Shown: positions 1 through 8,299 of the stretch, piece by piece
Layout of the letters: each line of letters starts with the position of its first letter
How positions within the stretch are numbered: position 1 is the first letter of the stretch
IMG/VR virus record: IMGVR_UViG_3300035665_000036
Location: 1 to 61,490 of that record
From: a virus
Lineage: Duplodnaviria; Caudoviricetes
DNA length: 61,490 nt
Strand: one strand, 5' to 3'
Notes under the pieces: model-generated
What the model saw: only the letters and a program-made list of their open reading frames with translations
Database searches by the model: none
Told to the model about the DNA's origin: nothing
Translations under genes and position numbers: made by a program

Positions 1-414
1 CACAATTTCTTTACGAGCCATTTCTACAGCTTTTTCATTTCTGAATTGATAACTTGACAAGGCAGATTGAACATCTCGATCACGAGTGAGTTCTACATTC
101 CGTCTTTCCAACGCTTCTTTCTCAGCTTTGATTTCAGCTAATTGTAACTCATAAGCTTCTTTGTGTTTACCTTCATCTTGTAAACGTTGTAATTCTGCTT
201 CTTTTTCTTTTTGTTTGTAAGTGGCAAGTTCTTTTAACACATCGTCTCTTGCACCGTATGCTTTATCTAACTTACCTTTAATGTCTTTGAGACTTTCCTC
301 CAACCGTTCTTGTACAAGTTTTTCAATTAAATCTTTTTCAGAATCAGTGTTGCCAGTGGTTTTATCATCAACATTTGTATTTTCTGGATCTGTATTATCA
401 GTGTTTGTAGTCAT
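1..414 (-). CDS. Probable capsid scaffolding protein (runs off the window edge; not in the ORF track)
   Basis: My translation from ATG 414: MTTNTDNTDPENTNVDDKTTGNTDSEKDLIEKLVQERLEESLKDIKGKLDKAYGARDD... It has an acidic N-terminus and coiled-coil character, an AAGGT RBS, follows portal-MuF, and has its own promoter motif. Confidence 0.7.
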   Translation of the reverse strand, partial: MTTNTDNTDPENTNVDDKTTGNTDSEKDLIEKLVQERLEESLKDIKGKLDKAYGARDDVLKELATYKQKEKEAELQRLQDEGKHKEAYELQLAEIKAEKEALERRNVELTRDRDVQSALSSYQFRNEKAVEMARKEIV

Positions 415-512
415 TGTTTTACCTTGAGTACGACTCGTTATGAGAAAAATACAATTTTTCTCTTGGAATTCATTTAGTATAATTTTGTATTTAATTACAA
501 CTTCTATTATAC

Positions 513-528
513 GGGTTAATTTAACGGG
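513..528 (-). promoter_or_regulatory. Class B phage promoter-like motif CCCGTTAAATTAACCC (copy 1)
   Basis: Exact 16-mer present 5 times, always at a gene boundary and in the same orientation. This copy lies between the MuF-RNAP stop and the scaffold gene. Confidence 0.8.
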
Positions 529-533
529 TTTCG

Positions 534-3500
534 TTAACCTACTCCGTACCATCCGTAATCATTTTTGAAATCTGAAGGAACTTCTTTTACAATGTCTTCT
601 TTCAAAAGAATATCAGACTCTTTAAGAACCTTTCCTCCGACAACAGACCTACCTGCAATCGGAATCAAACCGATGTCTATTGCTTCGTTCAGATACTGAT
701 CGTAAAGTTCTTGAGGTAAACCTCTTGCCCTCATCTCATCCAGAGTAGACACTATAACATTTCTGTCCAGTGTTTTTGCATAGATTTTTCTCAAAGCATT
801 TCTGGCATTCAACATATCAGCTGCATTTGCAAAGAAAGCGTCATGAATAGTGCTCGTGGGAATGTTATTTTCCCTTCCCCATAGATGAAAATTTTTAACA
901 ATTGTCGCGTCGTTAGAATGGTTCCCGTTAACTGCAAAGGCAGTACGCGCTCTTGTTGAATCGGCAATATCATTTATTTTACCGTCCTTATTCATCATCT
1001 CTTCCCACCAAGTTACTTCAGTTTTTTGAGGTACTTGCAATATATTGGTGGTCCACTCGCCTTGTTTATTCTTATAAAAAAGCCTTTCTTCAAATTGTTG
1101 TGTGAAATTTTGTTCGATCACTTTACCATCAAAATTAACCCAAGGAACGTTTGTCCATGATTTAGGCATTTTATTGGCACTCAGTAATTCCACTTCAAAC
1201 ACATCTTGCTCTTGAATAAACTTACCTTTTAGTAAATTAGAAGGTGTTGGCAATGCAGGTCTTAAGAAAGACAATTTAAAGTATTTACCACCTGTACGTC
1301 TTGTTTCCGGTGTTGCTGCACCATAAAGAATGTCATGTAGGTTACTATTTGGCTTATAAAAACTTAAGCGTTTCAAAGCTTTCTCACTTAAAGATTCTCC
1401 AGCTTTTAAGCCTAAGATTCTGCTAAGTGTATCTGGCAGAACATACCCTTTCTTTTTACTGCCAAACACTTTTTCTCTCACAATTGCATTCCAATCAAAA
1501 GCAGCTGTGGATGGCTTTGCATTATTCAGATAGTCTTCTGCAAGTCTGCCAAAGAACTTTGTAAAGTCTTTTAAGATAGGTACTTGCTCTCTCAGATGTT
1601 CGCTCATTATTTTTGCAATATCTTTAAAATCACCTGGAGTGACAATCCTTTCATAATTTAGAGAAAGTTTCTCCACAAGATCTTTTGTCTTAGGCTCCAA
1701 GAAATAAAGCTGATCTAAAATCTCATCACCTGGATCTAAACCTTTATTAAAGATGTCTTTAACGTTTTCTCTAAGTGCTCTTAGTTCATCTGCAGTCACT
1801 TGATCAAACTTATCGTACCTTGCAATACGAGCTGATATCTCATTGAGTACAGTTTCACGATCTGAAGCCTTAACAACTAACGTATCCTTATCTTTGCCAA
1901 GGACTTTTGATAATTTACCTTCTACATTAAGTGTGCCAGTCCTTTCACCAGCACCATAGAACGTAACCATATTTTGCGCCTTGGCAGCCTTACGCAAATC
2001 TTTCTCTGTAAGGCCTAGCTTTTCGTTGATTACTTTGAATCGCGGATCGTTGAATGTTGAAGCTGCAATCTCATCATACAATCTTCGCTTTTGATTTGTA
2101 GGTACTACATTTGACAACTCAGCAAGCTGTTTGTTACGGGTGGTCAACGCGATAATTTGGGCACCAGATGATGACGCATCTTGTTCGAGAGCTAAGGATA
2201 TTTTGTAATTACGAAGTTTTTCTAAGTTCTGAGAAGAATATGGATCAACACTTGTGATCTTTTTCCAGTTCCACCCATATAACTCTGCCTCATTGTTTCC
2301 ATAAGTGTATTTAAAAGGTTTTTCAATAGCAGCGCCAACCTGAATTTCACCGAGCAGCTCTACCTCCACAGGCTCCGTTACCCATTTTTCGTTTGTAATA
2401 TCTACATCAGGTACTTGAGTCTTTGTAGGATTTGTGAATTTAGTATCACTAGGTGCTTTATACACGTATAGCTTTTTACCTTTTAAATTCATTGACATTG
2501 CCTTTAATGCTGAATCAATATCACCTGCGAATGAAATTCTTTTTGTTGTATTATCTTCAAATCCTTGCTTAGTTAAAAAGTTAGAAGGTATACGGGGTGT
2601 GAATTTTGTATCTGTAAGTGGTACTGTGCTTATATGAAACAATTCGCCTCTGTCTGGAAAATTGCCTGCAGTCTTTTTGAGATAGTTATCAATCTTAGCT
2701 TGCTCTATGGCAAACCTGAAAAATTTACCCAGTTCTTCACCTTCAATCATATGTGTTATGTCAGCTTCAAGGATCGCTCTGATATCTGCAGGCTTCTTTG
2801 ATAACATCAAATTACCAATTCTGACAATTTCAGGTCTCCACTTTTCAGCAACCTTTTGTCTTCCAGTGATTGTGAGTGAATTATATTTACCTTCAAACTC
2901 ATCACTGAGACCACCTAAGAAAGCACCTATTTGATCTTGGAAATCTTTGAATTCTTCTGGACTGAAATTCTTTGCTTCTGCTGTATTGAGGAACGGTCTA
3001 AACGTCTCTCCAGATTGTGGTCCGATAAGACCTCTGTCATATATCCTTGCTCGATGATCGATAAAAGGATGATTTGAAAAAGAGCGTCCATTAGCTCGTA
3101 ACCACTGCATAGCTTTAAAGCGCTCATAAGCATCACCACGAGATGCGATATACTTTCTGTACTCATTACGCTCATCATAGAACTGAGCTTTTCCTCGATC
3201 ATCTTTGAAGTAGAGTAATTTATCAATGAAATCATAAAAGTCTTCATCCACTTTGTATTTTGTCTTAGATGCCCATGTCAACGCATCCACCATATTCTTG
3301 TCAATAAACTCTTCAGGAAATTCGCTGAAGCTTGAAGATGAAGTGATTGGAATTCTTGTGTCTTCCAAACCCAATATGCCTCTATCCATCCAGTAAGTTT
3401 TATAACCTTCTCTAAATAATAATCGATTATCATCTCTTGTTACGCTTACACGTAAGCCTAAATCTACTTTACGGTTTAGTCGGGAGTACTCTTGTATACG

Positions 3501-5630
3501 TGGATCTGTGACCCTTATATTATACGACATTGTATCATAATATGGACCAAAATAAGCGCCACTCACACGGCTTTTCATTCTGCGTTTTTGAATACCAAAT
3601 GGTTCAACTTCAAAGAATTTATCAACCTTTTTGCTCTCAAGTATTTTCATGCCAAGATCAAACCACTGACGTCTCCAACCATTTAGGTTTGCCATGTTGT
3701 AAAGATCTCTGCCTAACATTACAGCAAATTGATCTCTGTCTGGACTGTCAGCCAAACTTAACCTGTGAGCAAATCTCAAGTAAAATTGATGCAAGTCATC
3801 TTCAGATAATCTGCTTCTGATTTTAATTGGAATTTGAGGATCTAAAAATGTTCTTAATTCATTAGCGATCTTAGGAGCAACTTTATCTTCCCATTGATTT
3901 CTTGCTCTTATATTTTTATAAAAGTTATCGTGCAAATCATCAAGTTGAGTAGCGCCTAAAACAGGATCAATATAATTGTCTTGAAGTAATCGTTTCATCA
4001 CATCTGTATCTTTTCGCAGTTGTGTTTCAATTGCGTCAGAGACGTTCATCACATCAAATTTTATTTGTGACTGAACAACGGCTTTGAAATTACCCCAGAC
4101 TTCTTTATTATCTCGATATCTGCCAAATACAATTCTCAAGTTATCTGCAATTACGGCTCTTTCATTAACACTCATTGTGTCTGATAACTCGTTCACAAAC
4201 TTGGTTATGAATTCCTTATCTCTGTCCAAGAGCTTATCGCTGTCTTTAATTAATTGTAAATTGTTATTGAGTACATAAGTGTTTGGTTGATAAAACCGGA
4301 CGTCTTCATATCTACCTGTGGCAGGATTGAATTTAATCTGGTCTTCTCTCGGTGCAGAGGTTAGCATCCTATTTCTAGTAGCTTTCTTATTGTGAAGGAG
4401 AGTGCCACGATAATTAGTATAAGAGAGTGTTCCTTCAAGCTCTTTAGTTTGTAATATGTAGTAATCAAGTAATGTTTTCCTCAATTTATCATTCTGAATA
4501 AAATCATCCGGTGTGGTTGCCCATAACTGCATTGCATCTAATTTCGCCTTAGCGTTGGCAAACTTAATTGTGTCGCCATTTAACTCATAAGTAGAATCTG
4601 TTGCGGCTCTCAGTTGTTTAACGCCTAGACTCTCGCCCTTATAATTCACAAATTGATCCACAGTCAGTTTACCTGTGTTCAAAAGATCAACTTTTTGATA
4701 ATCACCTAAATGTTTAAATTGAGTATCTCTCGGTTGTCGCATGAGCCAATCATTATAGCTTTCTTTCAGTGGCGTTTGACCATCATAATAGGCAATTTGC
4801 TCTTTTGTTAAACCTTCTAAGTTTCTTCGTCTCACTTGAGCAACACCTTCTAGCTTAGAAATGTCATCCCAGGATTTAAAAACTGGAACTGTTGTGGAGC
4901 GGCAATTAAAGTGCGCAGGAGGCAGATGCTCCGTGTCCCCCATGTCATAGATATGCCCATCGCGGTGCGCACACAGAGGCGTGGTCCTCGCGTCCAGAAC
5001 GGCCACATACTGCCACCCTCTGAGTGCCTTTTCGTTGGCACGGTAAACAGCGTGGTCAACCTGAGCGTGGACACTGGTGATTGCAGTAACCACTAATGAT
5101 CTAGACTGCATTCTGGTTATATTGTGAATGTTGCCTTTACGAATTTCTAAAGCAATTTCATTTGTTGTCTTACCTTCAGAAATACCTTTGCGAATCAAGG
5201 CTTCAATTCTTTTCTTTTCAGAAGTACTCACACCTGACCAACCAGAAGCAAGTGTTCTATTTTCAAACAACGGTTTTTCAAGAACAATCTCTTCTGATAT
5301 ACGTCTTTGCGGTCTTTCTGTGCGCCAGATTTTACCCATCGTTGTTTCGACAGTTTGATACGCGAAAGATGCTTGATCTGCTGCGAAGTCTAGTAAAGAA
5401 CGCTTTGATGTATTATGAGCTTCACGATAAGTACGTAATAGCTCTTTATCCAAAGCGTCTTTGAATTTCTTTGATTTTAAATCGGAGGAACCTACCAACT
5501 TGTCTAACCTAATAACGTGGCCATCAATGATTACTTCAATCTTATCATTGACACCTTTCTCAAATAAGCGTATCATTGCCGCTCTGTCTAGTGCTTTGTC
5601 ATATATTTCAGTATTTACATTAATGGCCAT
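534..5630 (-). CDS. MuF/SPP1 gp7-like head morphogenesis protein fused to a T7-family DNA-directed RNA polymerase (putative virion RNAP) with an internal ART-like insertion
   Basis: MuF motifs: WQYVAVLDARTTPLC...PPAHFNCRS (C243) and ESYNDWLMRQP. RNAP motifs: IDHRARIY...PQSGE (D858), motif A EQDASSSGAQ (D1151), motif B RKAAKAQNMVTFYG, NGNHSNDA, motif C TIHDAF (H1596/D1597). Located after the portal gene. Confidence 0.92.
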   Translation of the reverse strand: MAINVNTEIYDKALDRAAMIRLFEKGVNDKIEVIIDGHVIRLDKLVGSSDLKSKKFKDALDKELLRTYREAHNTSKRSLLDFAADQASFAYQTVETTMGKIWRTERPQRRISEEIVLEKPLFENRTLASGWSGVSTSEKKRIEALIRKGISEGKTTNEIALEIRKGNIHNITRMQSRSLVVTAITSVHAQVDHAVYRANEKALRGWQYVAVLDARTTPLCAHRDGHIYDMGDTEHLPPAHFNCRSTTVPVFKSWDDISKLEGVAQVRRRNLEGLTKEQIAYYDGQTPLKESYNDWLMRQPRDTQFKHLGDYQKVDLLNTGKLTVDQFVNYKGESLGVKQLRAATDSTYELNGDTIKFANAKAKLDAMQLWATTPDDFIQNDKLRKTLLDYYILQTKELEGTLSYTNYRGTLLHNKKATRNRMLTSAPREDQIKFNPATGRYEDVRFYQPNTYVLNNNLQLIKDSDKLLDRDKEFITKFVNELSDTMSVNERAVIADNLRIVFGRYRDNKEVWGNFKAVVQSQIKFDVMNVSDAIETQLRKDTDVMKRLLQDNYIDPVLGATQLDDLHDNFYKNIRARNQWEDKVAPKIANELRTFLDPQIPIKIRSRLSEDDLHQFYLRFAHRLSLADSPDRDQFAVMLGRDLYNMANLNGWRRQWFDLGMKILESKKVDKFFEVEPFGIQKRRMKSRVSGAYFGPYYDTMSYNIRVTDPRIQEYSRLNRKVDLGLRVSVTRDDNRLLFREGYKTYWMDRGILGLEDTRIPITSSSSFSEFPEEFIDKNMVDALTWASKTKYKVDEDFYDFIDKLLYFKDDRGKAQFYDERNEYRKYIASRGDAYERFKAMQWLRANGRSFSNHPFIDHRARIYDRGLIGPQSGETFRPFLNTAEAKNFSPEEFKDFQDQIGAFLGGLSDEFEGKYNSLTITGRQKVAEKWRPEIVRIGNLMLSKKPADIRAILEADITHMIEGEELGKFFRFAIEQAKIDNYLKKTAGNFPDRGELFHISTVPLTDTKFTPRIPSNFLTKQGFEDNTTKRISFAGDIDSALKAMSMNLKGKKLYVYKAPSDTKFTNPTKTQVPDVDITNEKWVTEPVEVELLGEIQVGAAIEKPFKYTYGNNEAELYGWNWKKITSVDPYSSQNLEKLRNYKISLALEQDASSSGAQIIALTTRNKQLAELSNVVPTNQKRRLYDEIAASTFNDPRFKVINEKLGLTEKDLRKAAKAQNMVTFYGAGERTGTLNVEGKLSKVLGKDKDTLVVKASDRETVLNEISARIARYDKFDQVTADELRALRENVKDIFNKGLDPGDEILDQLYFLEPKTKDLVEKLSLNYERIVTPGDFKDIAKIMSEHLREQVPILKDFTKFFGRLAEDYLNNAKPSTAAFDWNAIVREKVFGSKKKGYVLPDTLSRILGLKAGESLSEKALKRLSFYKPNSNLHDILYGAATPETRRTGGKYFKLSFLRPALPTPSNLLKGKFIQEQDVFEVELLSANKMPKSWTNVPWVNFDGKVIEQNFTQQFEERLFYKNKQGEWTTNILQVPQKTEVTWWEEMMNKDGKINDIADSTRARTAFAVNGNHSNDATIVKNFHLWGRENNIPTSTIHDAFFANAADMLNARNALRKIYAKTLDRNVIVSTLDEMRARGLPQELYDQYLNEAIDIGLIPIAGRSVVGGKVLKESDILLKEDIVKEVPSDFKNDYGWYGVG

Positions 5631-5642
5631 TTATTTATCTCT

Positions 5643-5906
5643 TTATTTTAAAAATCCAACAGAACCAATTCTGCGAGTTGCTGTACCTAGTTTATAACCT
5701 GTTTTACCCATTCCAAGTTTTTCATACTTAGCTGTTGCAGTTGCTCTGTGCTCTGGTCTGTGCAAAACACCGGAAATAAAACCACCGGTATTGGCTAACA
5801 TAATTTTTCTTACGCGCTTCCCGCTAGCATTTTTGTTACCTTTTAATGCAGTGGATAATTTTGCATTTTTAATACTTTTACCATGACCTGTGAATCTTGT
5901 GTTCAT
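5643..5906 (-). CDS. Small, very basic hypothetical protein
   Basis: 87-aa K/R/G-rich ORF with an RBS, translationally coupled to the upstream ORF. Confidence 0.6.
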   Translation of the reverse strand: MNTRFTGHGKSIKNAKLSTALKGNKNASGKRVRKIMLANTGGFISGVLHRPEHRATATAKYEKLGMGKTGYKLGTATRRIGSVGFLK

Positions 5907-6046
5907 TTCTTTTTCCTCTTTTGTTTAGTATGTTTAGCCACATCTAACGCAATTGCAATTGCCTGTTTTTGTGGTTTACCTACTTTCATCTCGGTAGAAA
6001 TATTCTCAGAGACAGTTTTCTTTGAATAACCTTTCTTAAGGGGCAT
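5903..6046 (-). CDS. Small basic phage protein, 47 aa (MPLKKGYSKKTVSENISTEMKVGKPQKQAIAIAL...), below the ORF-track cutoff
   Basis: My translation. It overlaps the portal stop and has an ATGA overlap with the next gene. It resembles small MPLKKG..KQA.AIAL proteins of phage head modules. Confidence 0.75.
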   Translation of the reverse strand: MPLKKGYSKKTVSENISTEMKVGKPQKQAIAIALDVAKHTKQKRKKK

Positions 6047-7610
6047 TATTTGCTCCTATTGCGTTTGCATTTTCTGCATTCTGATCTGTTGGCATCAACA
6101 ATTTATCGGCAGTTATCTCTTGAATAGCTTCCTCATCATTGTAATCAGGTGACACCAAATCATTTTGCTTAAGTAAAACCAACCAAACAGATCTCGGCAA
6201 TAAGCCTTGTTGATACCATTCGGTTGCCAATCGTAACCAATCAGCTCCAATTGGAACAGGGTTGAAATCTGTGGACAATGAAAACTCTATTTCAGAAACT
6301 CTTAATTGCAAGTCATAACGCCAATTCACCATAAACACAATTACTTGTGCCATGATATTACTCACTTTATTATTCAAGGTACCCAACTGCGCTGTCTGAG
6401 CTGCATTTCTGATTTCCAATGCAACGCCTGATTGTTCAGTTTCAGGACTTAACATTCGGATACCCAGTTTAGCCATCTCTTCAATACTGGAAGCAATTGC
6501 TCTGTCCATGTCTTGAAGTGCTGCTGTTGGAGTTTCCAAGACCTTGGCATCATCACCTTGTCTCAAACGCAGCCATGTACCTAAACCACCACTCACAATT
6601 TCATCAAATTCTTCGTCAGTCATGTCTGAAATAATCACTGGTGTATAGGTTGCAGCGCCATAAAGTAAATGATTACGTCTGCTGATTTTGTTGTATAGAC
6701 TCACTTCTTTGTCAATAATGGCGGATAACATTGGTTCGACTAAGTCTATTGAACCATTTAGGGGCCAAGCTGGTATTATATTAATTGGCTCCCCATTTGC
6801 CAAAATATTACTGAAAGTATCAATCAAATCAAATTTAATTGCATTATTTGCAATTTCAACATTTTGCTTAGTTCCTCCGATTACAGGAACACTGGTGGTA
6901 TTCGAAGATCTTTGGAATTTTCTTATCTGATATTTACTTTCAACAAGTTCATGGACGTATACAGTGTCTTTGAATGTTGGATGAAACTCATTCTCATCAT
7001 AAGATTCTTCAAACACTCTGACAATTACCCTGTCCAAAATTGCCTTGCCATACTGATTCTCGCTAACTCTCCAGTTCACAACCTGTTCAGCTTTTCTGAG
7101 CACTGGATATGGTTTAAAGTTTAACAATTCTTCTTTTGTGTATGATTCTGCATTTTCCACAACAGGATAATCCACAAAAACCCATGCCCTAGATGTTTGC
7201 ACTTCTTCCCAAAGAGCTGCATCTAAAAATGCAGCCAAAGGAGAATCATCCTTGCCAAATTCGTTTATGATCCAATCATAAGCTTCTTCAGGAATGCCAT
7301 CAGGTAACTCTAATAAAGGCTTCTTTCTGAGCAATCCACCAATAATCATTTTTGCAAATTGTGCAGTGATACCTGGTAATTCAGCTTCAGCTTTGTAAAA
7401 TTTGTATTGAGCTTGACTCATACTTGGTGAAAACGGTATCAAAAGATTCTTGAATGTTAATACATCAATATTCGCATCAAAGTCTTTTACATACTGTTCA
7501 CCACTGCACACAGCTCTGCATTTTTGCCATAAAGGGCTCAATGACTCATAAGCTGCATTTGGATCTGCGACTGTTTTAACAGCCGATTGTGCTGCATTTG
7601 TTACTGCCAT
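6036..7610 (-). CDS. Portal protein (DUF4055-like)
   Basis: 524 aa, located between terL and MuF. The motifs QYKFYKAEAELPG, SRAWVFVDYP and EQSGVALEIR are typical of this portal type. Confidence 0.85.
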   Translation of the reverse strand: MAVTNAAQSAVKTVADPNAAYESLSPLWQKCRAVCSGEQYVKDFDANIDVLTFKNLLIPFSPSMSQAQYKFYKAEAELPGITAQFAKMIIGGLLRKKPLLELPDGIPEEAYDWIINEFGKDDSPLAAFLDAALWEEVQTSRAWVFVDYPVVENAESYTKEELLNFKPYPVLRKAEQVVNWRVSENQYGKAILDRVIVRVFEESYDENEFHPTFKDTVYVHELVESKYQIRKFQRSSNTTSVPVIGGTKQNVEIANNAIKFDLIDTFSNILANGEPINIIPAWPLNGSIDLVEPMLSAIIDKEVSLYNKISRRNHLLYGAATYTPVIISDMTDEEFDEIVSGGLGTWLRLRQGDDAKVLETPTAALQDMDRAIASSIEEMAKLGIRMLSPETEQSGVALEIRNAAQTAQLGTLNNKVSNIMAQVIVFMVNWRYDLQLRVSEIEFSLSTDFNPVPIGADWLRLATEWYQQGLLPRSVWLVLLKQNDLVSPDYNDEEAIQEITADKLLMPTDQNAENANAIGANNAP

Positions 7611-7633
7611 TAGTCCTCCATTTCATTGCGCAA

Positions 7634-7864
7634 TTAAGCTCTTAATGCAATATTAAAATCTGCAACAGAACCTTCATAAGTTTCACCAGACAAGCTATTA
7701 CGAGCTTCAATAACACCATCTGCATCTGTTGGTTTGATCACCCAGTTTGATGGAACAGTGTCAATAAATTCAATCACAGTTTCTTGCAATTCAATCACAG
7801 GTTCTTGTACCGCAACTGCTTGTCTTACAGGAGCAGGTTTGTTAATTTTTGATTCATCAGCCAT
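7634..7864 (-). CDS. Hypothetical protein
   Basis: 76-aa ORF coupled to the endolysin. Confidence 0.55.
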   Translation of the reverse strand: MADESKINKPAPVRQAVAVQEPVIELQETVIEFIDTVPSNWVIKPTDADGVIEARNSLSGETYEGSVADFNIALRA

Positions 7865-8291
7865 AGCGTCTTTTTCCGTTTTTGTTAATTATTAAAGCTT
7901 CCATTCTGCATTTAGCGTCAGGAAAGTTTGGTACTGAGATATGAACCCAACGGTCATATTCTAAGATCAATTGATCATATTTTATATCTGATTCGAATAT
8001 TGCTTGCATAACCACACTGGCTTCAAGACCTTTCACTTTAAAGTCAGCCGCACAACCAAGCGTGTGTTGGCTATTTGGTTGGCCTTTCACTGCTCTATTC
8101 AATACTTCACAACGATAACCTGAAGAGATGATTATGGGCTTACTGACCAATACTCTTACTTCTTCAAGCTTGTGTGATGTTCTTTTTAAATTTTCAATTA
8201 TGAGCTCTGTAGGACTGTTATCAATTGACATCCTGATAGCTTCATCACTTTCTAAAAATTCTCTAAGTGTAAAATGTTCACTCAATTGCAT
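7857..8291 (-). CDS. Endolysin, peptidase M15A family
   Basis: LSEHFTLREF, ISSGYRC, SQHTLGCAADF and WVHIS zinc-peptidase motifs. Confidence 0.9.
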   Translation of the reverse strand: MQLSEHFTLREFLESDEAIRMSIDNSPTELIIENLKRTSHKLEEVRVLVSKPIIISSGYRCEVLNRAVKGQPNSQHTLGCAADFKVKGLEASVVMQAIFESDIKYDQLILEYDRWVHISVPNFPDAKCRMEALIINKNGKRRYG

Positions 8292-8299
8292 AATTATCC

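Noticed and set aside
2250-2670. Intein as the explanation for the RNAP insertion
   Set aside because: No Cys/Ser-start splicing block, no terminal His-Asn, and no homing endonuclease motif.
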